A stretch of DNA of 64,000 bases from Truepera sp. (GTDB lineage Bacteria; Deinococcota; Deinococci; Deinococcales; Trueperaceae). Location: contig CBDCKW010000009.1 in NCBI GenBank assembly GCA_965218435.1, forward strand, positions 544,001-608,000. The letters are read 5' to 3'. A program made the translations under genes and the position numbers. This document shows, piece after piece, positions 38,968 through 49,460 of the stretch (its first letter is position 1; each line of letters starts with the position of its first letter). The notes under the pieces were generated by a model, which made no database searches, had not been told where the DNA came from, and saw only the letters and a list, made by a program, of their open reading frames with translations.

Positions 38968-39675
38968 ATGTATAGCCGAACTGCTCAATACTAAGATTTA
39001 ATCTACGGTTTCAAAGATTACAGCGCGGAAGCTGAGAAAATCACAGCTCTTATACGCGAAGAACTGCCGACTGCAAAAACGATTTTAGACGTAGCCTGTG
39101 GCACTGCTGAACACGCTAAGTCGCTCTCCAAACAGTTTGAAGTTGACGGCATTGACCTCGAGCCCGCCTTCGTAGAGATAGCCAGAGGAAAAGTCCCTTC
39201 CGGCAAGTTTTGGCTTGCTGACATGAGCGGTTTTAGTTTGTCTAAAACGTATGACGTTGTGCTGTGCCTGTTCTCTTCTATCGGTTATCTGCCGGCGAAA
39301 GAAAGAGTCGTTGCTGCTCTTGAGAGCTTCAAAAAACATTTGAACCCCAGTGGTGTCATCTTTGTCGAACCCTGGATTACGCCCGAGAACTGGGAAGTTG
39401 GCCATACAACTATGGTCACGGCTGAATCGAATGATCTTAAAATCTGCCGAATGAACGTCGCCGAACGAACCGATAACCGCTCCGTACTCAACTTTCACTA
39501 TCTCGTTGCCACAAAACAGGGCGTCGAGCATCTTGAGGAAGCTCACGAACTCGTTCTCTATATGAAAGAAGAGATGCTCGAGTGTTTTATAAAGGCGGGT
39601 CTCGAGGTTGCTTACGACGAAAGGTCTTTCGGTCGAGGTTTGTATACTGCGCACATTGCATCCGAACATACCTGA
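38968..39675 (+). pseudogene. SAM methyltransferase (TylM1/DesVI-like) with premature stop
   Basis: MYSRTAQY*(TAA 38992-94)DLIYGFKDY...ILDVACGTAEH...ADM...CLFSSIGY...VEPW; in frame with ORF 39223-39675. Confidence 0.82.
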
Positions 39676-40750
39676 GGGGTGTGCATGACTAGCGTAAAGC
39701 CAACATGGTTTGTTTGAGACACAGTAAGTCACGACCCAGGCGAAGATTGAAGTAAGCAAGGAGTAAGTAGGCGAGCGCAGCCAAGGTCACGAGTGCTCTG
39801 ACATTGGCTAAGCCTTTAACGAGTAAATGTTCAAGTTTGAAGAGTGCCTTGAGACGACCTTGGAAAGGTTCGACAGTAGCTTTGCGCAAGGCGAAGACCT
39901 CTCTAACCTCAGGGTCGTTATAGAGTCGGGTGCGCTCACAACGGTCTTCGGGGGTGTTAGTTTTGACTTGAAGAGGGGCGATGAGGCTGATACCCCGCTC
40001 GTCGCAAGCGTCGTAACAAGGGGCTGTTCGTCATAGCCGCCGTCAGCTAAGACAAGGTTAGTGTCTTCGCTCAAGCTGGCGCTGAGTTCTCGGCTGAAGA
40101 CCTGAGCGTCTTTGACGTTAGCGGGATAGACACAGATGTTGCGTGGTAGCGGGGCAGTTGCGTCAGCATTGACGAGGCAGTGTAGGCGGTAGCCAAACAC
40201 CCACTCACCCTGCCCTGAAATACCCCAATGCGCTTCTTGGTCGATATTGCCACATGAGGGCAGCTTGCGGGCTTTCCTATCTTTACTGTGCCAGACATTG
40301 CCCTCAGCGTGCATTAAACTGGAGTCGGCACTCATGACGCTTGCCTCACCGATACCCGTTTCTATAAAGTGCTCGTGTAAGGTCGTCATCGCCTGCTGCA
40401 AGCCTTTAGGTATGCGCTTGAATCTGCGACTCAAGGTGGTGCGGTGGGGCAACTGATCGAGTCCCACTAGAGCAAGCACCTCAGGTCGCTCAAGTAAATG
40501 ATCATGCAGCGTCTTGAAGCCGCTGATGCCTTTGACGAGTGCATACAAAAACAGCTTGATTAGGCTGCTTTCTCCGTAGCTGTAACGGTCTAGCGTTTTA
40601 GGTAAATCCAGTTCATCAACCAGGCTCAAGTAGCTCTTCAGGTCTAGTGTTATCATTCTCCAATGCCTCCTTCATGGCGTTTTCGCTTTCTCCATTGTAG
40701 GAGGCTCTATCTTTATTCGGCTTTTCGTATCTTTATGTGCTCACCCCTCA
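39673..40750 (-). mobile_element. ~1.08-kb insertion sequence with DDE transposase (IS982/IS5-like)
   Basis: Inverted repeats TGAGGGGTGTGCA (39673-85) and TGCTCACCCCTCA (40738-50), 12/13 match; flanks CATAcc and CATAaa. Confidence 0.85.
39689..40656 (-). pseudogene. DDE transposase, frameshifted near 40020
   Basis: PHRTTLSRRF, ADSS (D), WG...WVFGYRLH, ADGGYD (D); continues in another frame CYDACDERG...RKATVEPFQGRLK (E). Confidence 0.85.
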
Positions 40751-40893
40751 CATAAATAGCCTTCTGAAAATGATGATCTACCTGGAATAGAAGAGATCAC
40801 ATAATTCCGGTTTTCTGCTAAGCTAGCTGTTCAAAACGAAGATGTACTGGCGTTGCACTTAATAAATCGTCCAATTTTGGAGTTGATCAGCAG

Positions 40894-41529
40894 ATGAGTA
40901 TCAATAAATTTGGAAGCATTCTTTTGAATGAGGAGCAAGAACGGCTACAAAATTACGCTGCGCATCTGATGGAACCTGATACCCAGCGAACGCTTTTGCT
41001 CACCGCGCACCTCGTTTCTGAGCGTCTGCTTAGTGAAATGATTGAGACAAAACTTTTCTATCCTTCAGTTTGGCTAGATGGGGCTGATTACCGTGACAAA
41101 GTGAACTTGGCTCGAGCAATGAACCTTATTGGTGAAGATGAATTACGGATCTGTCGTGTGCTGAATTCTGCGAGGAATGCTGTAGCTCACTCTCTTGAAC
41201 CATTATCGGAGAAGTGGCGTGTTGAAGTTTTTAGATTGGCATTTGGACATAGTAAAGTAGAAAACGAAGTATCTGAAGCTGAGATTTGGCGCAAGGCGCT
41301 TGTCGAACTCATTATCTACGTTGCGGCACCGTGGCTTTACGCAGCATTTCAAAGCAAGCATTCAGCACTCCGCAAGCAGCATAAGAACCGTTGGATGGAG
41401 CTGATGGCTGAGCAACTGCAAACAGTCCCTGATCTCAATGCAGTAGTTGATAATGCTACTGAGCACAAACGCCTTGCAGAAGAAGTTGACCTTCTACTTG
41501 TGAAGGAGCTACAGGATAAGAGCAGCTGA
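40894..41529 (+). CDS. HEPN-like protein (MtlR/DUF4145-like)
   Basis: LLTAHLVSERLL...KVNLARAM...LNSARNAVAH (R-x4-H); AT-richer than flanks. Confidence 0.62.
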   Translation: MSINKFGSILLNEEQERLQNYAAHLMEPDTQRTLLLTAHLVSERLLSEMIETKLFYPSVWLDGADYRDKVNLARAMNLIGEDELRICRVLNSARNAVAHSLEPLSEKWRVEVFRLAFGHSKVENEVSEAEIWRKALVELIIYVAAPWLYAAFQSKHSALRKQHKNRWMELMAEQLQTVPDLNAVVDNATEHKRLAEEVDLLLVKELQDKSS

Positions 41530-41581
41530 AGACTATCGGTTTTAGGAAATTCGAATTATATTGCACGTTGAGTCTTTTGAC

Positions 41582-41618
41582 AAAAGCACCCCACATTCAC
41601 AAACGGTGCGGGGTGCTT
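41582..41618 (-). terminator. intrinsic terminator-like hairpin
   Basis: AAGCACCCC (41584-92) / GGGGTGCTT (41610-18), short T-run on minus strand. Confidence 0.5.
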
Positions 41619-42246
41619 GCTTAAGTTATGGTGTTACTTCTGCGGCCACTCCGGGTTCGGCACAAAGTCGGTCGGGTCAAGTTCATACCGCCCGACGTCT
41701 TTTTCGTGTTTGACAATCTTGCCGTAAACACGCTGCACGTCGCCTTCGACGAGCCCGTAATCGAAGGCGTCCCCGATGTCGGTTTGTTTGCTCTATCTCT
41801 GGCTCGCTGCCTTTGACTCCCAGGTCATCAAGTGGGGACTGCGTAAGCTGGTCGACCGCACGTCCAGAAGAGACCGCAGTAGCTTTTGCATCGGCTTCGA
41901 CTCCTTACTTCTACTTCGCTGCATCCACCAACGCTTCGTCCCTGACAACCTTTCTTGCCTTATCCGTGAACCGCGAAGGTGTTGGGTGGCTAGTAGTTCA
42001 CTCAACATCTATTGTCGGCTAGATGTAAAGAAATGACTCGTGCCAGACAAAAGTTTCGCTTGAGCCTCTGTAACAAAACTTGTTTGTCGGAGTGCTGGAT
42101 ACCTGTTTTAGGCTTTTGTCGCATACTTAGCTACTGTACATAGACTGAAAAATTGACATCAAGACCGCCTCACGGTAAAACGTAAAGCGGTCTGTAAAAC
42201 TTTGTGGCACACCGGATGATAGGCAAGGGTGCAGAAAAGAGCAACG

Positions 42247-43977
42247 ATGAGCGAATATCCGAGACCGCAATTAGAGCGGCAACACTGGCAAAGTCTGGAC
42301 GGGCAGTGGCAGTTCTCCTTTGATGAGGGTGAAGTCCCCGGCGAGGTCTCGTGGACGCATGAAATCACCGTCCCGTTTCCGCCCGAGTCCAAACTTTCAG
42401 GCGTTCACGACGAGGACTTTCACCCGTGCGTGTGGTACCGCCGGACGGTTCAGGTACCGTCTGAGTGGAGCGGGCAGCGGGTACGGTTGCATTTCGGGGC
42501 GGTGGATTATCGGGCGCAGGTCTGGGTCAACGGTCAGCTCGTCGTCACGCACGAAGGGGGCCATACGCCTTTTTGGGCCGACATCACGCCCGCGCTTTCA
42601 GGTGCAGAGGCAGAGATTATCGTGCGCGCCGAAGACGACCCGCACGACCTGGCTAAACCACGCGGTAAACAAGACTGGCTCCGTGAGCCGCACGGCATCT
42701 GGTATCCACGCACGACCGGCATCTGGCAGACGGTTTGGCTCGAGCCTATCCCCGAAACGCACCTCGGCGAGCTGCGGCTGACGCCTGACGCAAAGGCGTT
42801 CGGGATTACGCTCGAGGCGCAAGTTGTGGGAGATAGCGCCGACCAAAACTCACCCTTGAGCCTCGAGGTCACCTTGCGTTTGGGCGACGAAATACTCGTC
42901 CAAGATACTTTCGGTGTTGTGAACGGACGCGTTAAACGGACGCTTCACCTGGAAGACCCCGGCATTGACGACGCCCGCAGGCGGTTGGTCTGGAGTCCTG
43001 ACCGACCGACGCTGTTAGACTTAGAGCTCGTACTTAAGCGTAAAAACGAAGTTGTGGACGAGGTAACGAGCTATACCGCGCTGCGCTCGGTCAGCACCCG
43101 TGGCGGCAGCTTTTTTCTCAACGAGCGCCCCTACTTTTTACGGCTGGCGCTTGACCAGGGCTATTGGGACGACTCACTGCTGGCCGCGCCGAGTGACGAC
43201 GCGCTCCGTAAAGATGTCGAACTCGCCAAGGCGATGGGGTTTAACGGGGTGCGTAAACACCAAAAGCTCGAGACCCCCCGCTATCTCTACTGGGCTGATA
43301 AGCTGGGCCTCCTCGTCTGGACGGAACTGCCGAGCGCCTACGCCTTTACGCCGCAAACCGGTGAGCGCCTCACTAAGGAGTGGTTGGAAGCGTTGAAACG
43401 CGATTACAACCATCCGTGCGTGGTGGCGTGGGTCGCCTTTAACGAGTCGTGGGGTGTGCCGGATTTGCCCCTTTCAGCGGCGCAGCGTAACCTCGTCGCG
43501 GCGCTTTACCATCTGGCCAAAGCGTATGACACTACCCGGCCGGTTGTCGGTAACGACGGCTGGGAGCACGTCGCCGCCGACCTCTTTACCATCCACGACT
43601 ACACCAGCAACCCCGACGTGTTGCGGGCGCGTTACGGCAGCACCGGGGAGCGGGATTGGCGCGTGCGTCCGGCAGGGCGTGACCTGCTGTTAGACGGAGT
43701 AAATCTGGGAGACGCGCCGGTCGTGTTGTCCGAATTCGGTGGCGTGCGTTACGCCCGTGACGGCGAGGGATGGGGTTACGACCAGGTGGAAAGCTCCGAG
43801 GCGCTTTTAGAAAAATATCGGGCGCTCGTTGCGGCGGCCTCGAGCCCCGGTCTAGCAGGGTTTTGTTACACCCAGTTTGCCGACACCTTTCAAGAGCAAA
43901 ACGGCCTATTGTTCAGCGACCGCACCCCCAAAGTCACGTTAGACGACCTCCGTAAAGCGACGGCGCAGCGGCGCTAA
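42247..43977 (+). CDS. glycoside hydrolase family 2
   Basis: YPRPQ, LHFGAVDY, HEGGHTPF, GIWQTVWLE, MGFNGVRKHQK, FNESWG, SEFGG, GFCYTQ. Confidence 0.9.
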   Translation: MSEYPRPQLERQHWQSLDGQWQFSFDEGEVPGEVSWTHEITVPFPPESKLSGVHDEDFHPCVWYRRTVQVPSEWSGQRVRLHFGAVDYRAQVWVNGQLVVTHEGGHTPFWADITPALSGAEAEIIVRAEDDPHDLAKPRGKQDWLREPHGIWYPRTTGIWQTVWLEPIPETHLGELRLTPDAKAFGITLEAQVVGDSADQNSPLSLEVTLRLGDEILVQDTFGVVNGRVKRTLHLEDPGIDDARRRLVWSPDRPTLLDLELVLKRKNEVVDEVTSYTALRSVSTRGGSFFLNERPYFLRLALDQGYWDDSLLAAPSDDALRKDVELAKAMGFNGVRKHQKLETPRYLYWADKLGLLVWTELPSAYAFTPQTGERLTKEWLEALKRDYNHPCVVAWVAFNESWGVPDLPLSAAQRNLVAALYHLAKAYDTTRPVVGNDGWEHVAADLFTIHDYTSNPDVLRARYGSTGERDWRVRPAGRDLLLDGVNLGDAPVVLSEFGGVRYARDGEGWGYDQVESSEALLEKYRALVAAASSPGLAGFCYTQFADTFQEQNGLLFSDRTPKVTLDDLRKATAQRR

Positions 43978-43978
43978 C

Positions 43979-45028
43979 ATGCGTTACTTGCTCGTCTCTA
44001 TCCTCTTTTTACTAGGGGTTGCTCGAGCCGCCCCCATACCTTCTCTGCAAGACCTCATCATGGTTGATGCGAAGGTCGGCTGGGGGCTGAGCGCCCAGCA
44101 GCTCTACCGTACCGAAGATGGAGGCGAGGGGTGGCAAACTGTTCCTTTCGGGCGGCTTGCCGACGAAACCTTTTGTACGCTCGGGCGCGGCGCGACACGG
44201 CGTGCGGTCTGGGTAGCCTGCACGCCGCTGCACTCGAGCCTTGTGACGCAAGCCGAAGGTACCCTCTACCGGACGGAAACAGCGGGAGAGAACTGGGCGC
44301 ATAGTCCGCTACCGTTAGGGGGCAGCGTTTACGTTCAGCGTCTAAATAAACAGCTCGGTTACGTCACGACCTTGATCGCGCAGGGGATGGGGCACGTAGA
44401 TTTCGGCTTTGCCCAAACTATTGATGGTGGGCAAAGCTGGCAAGTTGAGAATACCAAAAATCAGCGGCCGCTCGGTCAAAACGGCCAGACGTTTCCGACT
44501 TATGACGCTAAAGGTGACGGTTACTTAGGGATCAGCCCCTTTGCACAGGAGGGGTTTATGCTGCTCCTAAAAAGTCAAAATGCGGGTCAGACCTGGACGC
44601 CTACGCGTATCGCTGCGCCGGAAACCTCTACAATGATGACGCCGGACATCCCGGTGGTGCTCGGTCCAACAGTCCTGGTTGTGGCGAGGCTCGAGCGCCT
44701 TCAAGCCAAAAATGCTCATAGCTTTGCGCTTTACGTCAGTCACGACGGTGGACAGACTTATCAGCATGGGCAACGGGTGAGCTTTACGGCGCTCCCGGAT
44801 TGGCCGCCGCAGATTAAGGCGTCGTTTCTCAGTACAAAGTGGGGCTTTGTCGCGGCCGGGTCTACCTTGTACCGCACCAGCAACGGTGGTAAAAGTTGGT
44901 GCCGAACCGGAATCCCAAAAGAGCCGGTGGTGGCGTTTACCTTTGTCAACACGCAAACAGGTTGGTTCCTGACACGTAAGGCACTTTACCGCACTACAGA
45001 CGGCGGCTGGCAGTGGCAGCGGCTGTAG
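43979..45028 (+). CDS. secreted BNR/Asp-box (YCF48-like) beta-propeller protein
   Basis: Signal peptide; repeated TEDGGEGW, TIDGGQSW, SQNAGQTW, TSNGGKSW, TTDGGWQW. Confidence 0.75.
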   Translation: MRYLLVSILFLLGVARAAPIPSLQDLIMVDAKVGWGLSAQQLYRTEDGGEGWQTVPFGRLADETFCTLGRGATRRAVWVACTPLHSSLVTQAEGTLYRTETAGENWAHSPLPLGGSVYVQRLNKQLGYVTTLIAQGMGHVDFGFAQTIDGGQSWQVENTKNQRPLGQNGQTFPTYDAKGDGYLGISPFAQEGFMLLLKSQNAGQTWTPTRIAAPETSTMMTPDIPVVLGPTVLVVARLERLQAKNAHSFALYVSHDGGQTYQHGQRVSFTALPDWPPQIKASFLSTKWGFVAAGSTLYRTSNGGKSWCRTGIPKEPVVAFTFVNTQTGWFLTRKALYRTTDGGWQWQRL

Positions 45029-45048
45029 CGGTATAGAGGCCATCTCAA

Positions 45049-45080
45049 AAACCTTTTTGGGCTGAGGCCCAAAAGGGTTT
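45049..45080 (+). terminator. hairpin downstream of GH2-BNR operon
   Basis: AAACCTTTTTGGGC-TGAG-GCCCAAAAGGGTTT, 14-bp stem with one G-U. Confidence 0.6.
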
Positions 45081-45284
45081 GACCGAGCTAGGCGAGTAAG
45101 ATAGGACGCTCTAAGTCTAGAAAATCATTTTTGCAATAGGTTTTAGACTGTCAAACCTGCACTTACCCTGACAACCTACCCTTCTTGTTATGAATTCAGC
45201 GGTTCATCCGGGTACGCTCGAGCCTGTCGGCGCAGATAGCTTTGGCCTAAAAAGCCTATATCGGACGACAACCTGTATCAAAGC

Positions 45285-45318
45285 TTGACGAAACCTGAAG
45301 TCAGTGTTAACGTTAACA
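45285..45318 (+). promoter_or_regulatory. promoter with overlapping LacI-family operator
   Basis: TTGACG (45285-90), 17 nt, TAACGT with extended TG; perfect palindrome TGTTAACGTTAACA 45305-45318. Confidence 0.75.
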
Positions 45319-45348
45319 AGAAATAAAATTTACAACCGGGAGACCTTT

Positions 45349-46413
45349 ATGAAAGCACTTCGGCTGGCCCTTAGCGGTGTAGTATTGGGACTTTTTACCC
45401 TGACGACCCTCGCGTTTGCGCAGGACAAAGGCACGATCGGTATCTCGATGCCGACCAAATCTTCAGCCCGCTGGATTGCCGACGGGAATAACATGGTCGA
45501 ACAGTTTAAGGCGGCGGGTTACGACACCGATTTGCAGTACGCCGAAGACAACATCCCCAATCAGTTGGCGCAGATTGAAAACATGGTCGTTAAAGGGGTG
45601 GACGCCCTGGTCATCGCGTCAATTGACGGCACGACGCTTTCCGACGTGCTGGCTCAGGCTGCAGACCAGGGTATTCCGGTGATCGCCTACGACCGCCTGA
45701 TCCGCGACTCTGAAAATGTTGACTATTACGCGACGTTCGACAACTTTCAGGTCGGCGTGTTACAAGGCAGCTATATCAGAGACGCGCTCGATTTAGAAAA
45801 CACCGACGGCCCCTACAATATCGAACTCTTCGGCGGGTCGCCCGACGACAACAACGCCTACTTTTTTTACGACGGCGCGATGTCGGTGTTGCAGCCCTAC
45901 ATTGACTCGGGCAAGCTGGTGGTGAAAAGCGGTCAAACCGGGATGGACAAAGTTTCGACGCTGCGCTGGAGCGGTTCGGCGGCGCAAGCACGAATGGACA
46001 ACCTCTTAAGCGCGTACTACTCGGACGCCCATGTTGACGCGGTGCTGTCACCTTATGACGGGCTCAGCATCGGGATTATCTCGTCTCTTAAAGGGGTCGG
46101 CTACGGTAGCGGCAACCTGGCGATGCCGGTTATTACCGGTCAAGACGCAGAAGTTCCTTCGGTCAAGTCGATCATCGCTGGGGAGCAGACCTCGACGATC
46201 TTCAAAGATACCCGCGAACTAGCCAAAGTTACAGTTGAGATGGTAGACGCCGTACTGAGCGGGGGCAAGGTGCCGGTCAACGACACAAAAACTTACGACA
46301 ACGGTGTTAAAGTCGTGCCGTCTTACCTGCTTTCACCGGTCCTAGTTGATTCTGAGAACTACAAAAAAGTGCTGGTTGATAGCGGTTACTATACCGCGGC
46401 CGACCTTCAGTAA
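45349..46413 (+). CDS. chvE: multiple monosaccharide ABC transporter substrate-binding protein
   Basis: [55 protein letters not shown]. Confidence 0.92.
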   Translation: MKALRLALSGVVLGLFTLTTLAFAQDKGTIGISMPTKSSARWIADGNNMVEQFKAAGYDTDLQYAEDNIPNQLAQIENMVVKGVDALVIASIDGTTLSDVLAQAADQGIPVIAYDRLIRDSENVDYYATFDNFQVGVLQGSYIRDALDLENTDGPYNIELFGGSPDDNNAYFFYDGAMSVLQPYIDSGKLVVKSGQTGMDKVSTLRWSGSAAQARMDNLLSAYYSDAHVDAVLSPYDGLSIGIISSLKGVGYGSGNLAMPVITGQDAEVPSVKSIIAGEQTSTIFKDTRELAKVTVEMVDAVLSGGKVPVNDTKTYDNGVKVVPSYLLSPVLVDSENYKKVLVDSGYYTAADLQ

Positions 46414-46445
46414 GCTCAAAGGTTTCTGACGGATATGTAGGCGGC

Positions 46446-46480
46446 AAGCGTATGTGCGCGTGAGCGGCGCACATACGCTT
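46446..46480 (+). other. strong intercistronic hairpin after SBP gene
   Basis: AAGCGTATGTGCGC / GCGCACATACGCTT perfect 14-bp stem. Confidence 0.7.
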
Positions 46481-46638
46481 CTCTCTAGCGGCGAGTCGGC
46501 ACGGTCAAAGTTTGAGAAGCACCGTTTGTCTAAAAACCGAGTCTAAACTTCGCCGATAAGTACGCACTTTCTGTGACACTACTAGCAGCAAGATTTGGAA
46601 AGTCTGTTAAGTCAACTTCGGCTGATGAGTGAGAGGCT

Positions 46639-48225
46639 ATGTCAGAGTCCAAGTTAGAAGCCAGGTTAAAGCCTGAGTTAGAGTCTAAGTCAACGATTTT
46701 AGAAATGCGCAACATCACCAAGACGTTTCCGGGCGTCAAGGCGCTTAGCAACGTCAATTTGAGCGTTCGGGAGGGGGAAATTCACGCGCTCGTCGGTGAA
46801 AACGGAGCGGGCAAATCAACCTTGATGAAGGTCCTTTCGGGCGTCTACCCCTACGGCAGCTACGAAGGTGAGATTTTTTATCAGGGGCAACCGTGCCGCT
46901 TTAGAGATATTAGCGACAGCGAAAAGCTCGGCATTATTATTATCCACCAAGAGTTGGCGCTGATTCCGCTGCTGTCAATTTCTGAAAATATCTTTTTGGG
47001 TAACGAGCGTTCAAAGTTCGGGGTCATCAACTGGTCTGAAGTGGCGCTGCAAACCCGCGACCTGCTCGCCAAAGTTGGCCTTAACGAAGCGCCGGACACG
47101 CTGATCGCCGATATCGGTGTGGGGAAGCAGCAACTCGTCGAGATTGCTAAGGCGCTCGCTAAAAAGGTCAAACTGCTGATCTTAGACGAGCCGACCTCGA
47201 GCCTGAGTGAAAGCGACAGTGAGGCGCTCCTAGAGCTGCTCCGTGAGTTTAGGGCACAGGGCATCACCTCGATTTTAATTTCGCATAAGCTGAGTGAAAT
47301 TTCAAAAGTCGCCGATTCGGTGACAATTTTGCGCGACGGCGAGACCATAGAAACGCTTGACTGTCACGCGCGTAAGGTCAGTGAAGCGCAGATCATCCGG
47401 GGGATGGTGGGCCGCGAACTTACCAGCCGTTACCCCGAACGGGACGCGCGTATCGGTGAAACGATCTTCGAGGTCAAAAACTGGAATGTGTTTCATCCGC
47501 TGCGGAGTGAACATCAGATCGTCCGGGACGTAAACCTGCACGTCAAAGAGGGGGAGATTGTCGGGATTGCCGGACTGATGGGCTCAGGGCGTACCGAGCT
47601 AGCGATGAGCCTCTTTGGTCGCTCGTACGGTCAGCGGATCAGTGGTCAGGTGCTGCTGCGGGGTCAAGAAGCCGACGTAAGTTCGGTCGGTAAGGCGATT
47701 CGCAGCGGTCTCGCGTACGTGACCGAAGACCGCAAAAGTTACGGCCTGATTTTGGGGCAAGACATCAAACACAACATCACGCTCGCCAATTTGGACGCGT
47801 TAACGCGCGGGCTGGTCATCAGCGAACCTGAAGAGTTTGCGGTCGCTGAACGCTACCGGACACGGCTCAATATCCGCTCCTCGAGCGTGTCACAAGAGAC
47901 GCTCAACCTTTCCGGGGGCAACCAGCAAAAGGTAGTCCTGAGCAAGTGGCTGTTTGCCGACCCTGCCGTGCTGATCTTAGACGAGCCGACCCGGGGCGTT
48001 GACGTCGGGGCGAAGTTTGAAATCTATACGATTATAGGTCAGCTCGCCGCCGAAGGGAAAGGGGTGATTTTTATCTCGTCGGAGTTGCCGGAAATCTTGG
48101 GCATGAGCGACCGTATTTACGTGATGAACGAAGGGCGAATCGTCGGAGAGATGCTCCGTAAAGACGCGTCACAAGAGAAAATTATGCGCGAAATCGTCAG
48201 TCTCGAGGGGAGTAACGTCGCATGA
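46639..48225 (+). CDS. gguA: multiple monosaccharide ABC transporter ATP-binding protein (GguA/MmsA)
   Basis: [32 protein letters not shown]. Confidence 0.9.
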   Translation: MSESKLEARLKPELESKSTILEMRNITKTFPGVKALSNVNLSVREGEIHALVGENGAGKSTLMKVLSGVYPYGSYEGEIFYQGQPCRFRDISDSEKLGIIIIHQELALIPLLSISENIFLGNERSKFGVINWSEVALQTRDLLAKVGLNEAPDTLIADIGVGKQQLVEIAKALAKKVKLLILDEPTSSLSESDSEALLELLREFRAQGITSILISHKLSEISKVADSVTILRDGETIETLDCHARKVSEAQIIRGMVGRELTSRYPERDARIGETIFEVKNWNVFHPLRSEHQIVRDVNLHVKEGEIVGIAGLMGSGRTELAMSLFGRSYGQRISGQVLLRGQEADVSSVGKAIRSGLAYVTEDRKSYGLILGQDIKHNITLANLDALTRGLVISEPEEFAVAERYRTRLNIRSSSVSQETLNLSGGNQQKVVLSKWLFADPAVLILDEPTRGVDVGAKFEIYTIIGQLAAEGKGVIFISSELPEILGMSDRIYVMNEGRIVGEMLRKDASQEKIMREIVSLEGSNVA

Positions 48226-49415
48226 GCAGCGTAACGGTAGGAAAAAGCAGGGCGCAGGGTATCGGTGAACTCTTTCGCCGCAACGTTCGGCAGTACGGGA
48301 TGCTGGTCGCGCTGTTAGCGATCATGTTATTTTTTCAGGTACGAACAGACGGCGTGCTCCTCAAACCGCTCAACGTCACCAATTTGCTCTTACAAAACTC
48401 GTACATCGTCATCATGGCGATTGGAATGCTTTTAGTGATCGTCGCCGGTCATATCGACCTGTCGGTCGGTTCGGTGGTCGGGTTCGTCGGCGGGCTGGCC
48501 GCCATCATGATGGTCAACTATCACATTAACTGGGCCTTAACCGTCATCGTCTGTCTGCTCGTCGGGACGCTCGTCGGCGCGGCGCAGGGGTTTTGGGTGG
48601 CGTTTTTAGGGATGCCTTCGTTTATCGTCACGCTCGCGGGGATGCTGGTTTTTCGGGGCCTGAGTTTGGCGCTGCTACAAGGGCAATCCGTCGGGCCGTT
48701 TCCGGACACCTTCCAAAAACTCAGCTCGGGGTTTATCCCGGACTTTTTTGGCAGTGAACTGCACCTTACCTCGCTGCTATTGGGTGGGCTCGTCTCGCTC
48801 GCGCTGGTCGTGCTGAGCGTGCGGCAACGTCGCGCTCAGCTGCGTTACGGGCTGAGCACCGAACCGCTCGCTTTTTTTGTGCTGAAAAATGCGGTCGTCG
48901 TCGCGGCGATTATGTACTTGTGCTATCTGCTGGCGTCGTACCGGGGACTGCCGAACGTCTTAGTCATCATGTTCGTATTGCTGCTGCTCTATTCGTTTGT
49001 CACGACCCAAACGACGGTGGGGCGGCGGCTTTACGCGCTCGGCGGCAACGTCAGGGCGGCAAAACTTTCCGGCGTTAAAACCCAGCGCCTGACCTTTTTG
49101 ACCTTTATGAATATGGGGTTTTTGGCGGCGCTGGCCGGACTGGTCTTTGCGGCGCGGCTGAATACCGCCACGCCGGGAGCCGGAACCTCGTTTGAACTCG
49201 ACGTGATTGCGGCGGCTTTTATCGGGGGGGCGTCGGCAACCGGCGGTGTCGGAACGGTCGTCGGCGCGGTGATCGGGGCGTTTGTCATGGGCGTGATGAA
49301 TAACGGGATGTCCATCCTAGGGGTCGGCATCGACTGGCAGCAGGTCATCAAAGGTTTGGTGCTCCTACTCGCGGTGTTTTTTGACGTGTACAACAAAAAT
49401 AAAGGCTTATCTTAA
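48222..49415 (+). CDS. gguB: multiple monosaccharide ABC transporter permease (GguB/MmsB)
   Basis: [33 protein letters not shown]. Confidence 0.9.
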   Translation: MSSVTVGKSRAQGIGELFRRNVRQYGMLVALLAIMLFFQVRTDGVLLKPLNVTNLLLQNSYIVIMAIGMLLVIVAGHIDLSVGSVVGFVGGLAAIMMVNYHINWALTVIVCLLVGTLVGAAQGFWVAFLGMPSFIVTLAGMLVFRGLSLALLQGQSVGPFPDTFQKLSSGFIPDFFGSELHLTSLLLGGLVSLALVVLSVRQRRAQLRYGLSTEPLAFFVLKNAVVVAAIMYLCYLLASYRGLPNVLVIMFVLLLLYSFVTTQTTVGRRLYALGGNVRAAKLSGVKTQRLTFLTFMNMGFLAALAGLVFAARLNTATPGAGTSFELDVIAAAFIGGASATGGVGTVVGAVIGAFVMGVMNNGMSILGVGIDWQQVIKGLVLLLAVFFDVYNKNKGLS

Positions 49416-49460
49416 CCGTGGTCTTAACCGCGAACCGAACCGCAAACCGAGGTCGCTAAG

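Noticed and set aside
40010..40030. Programmed frameshift in the transposase
   Set aside because: The CCCCTT context is not a canonical slippery heptamer and lies inside the catalytic domain; mutation or assembly error is simpler unless other copies share it.
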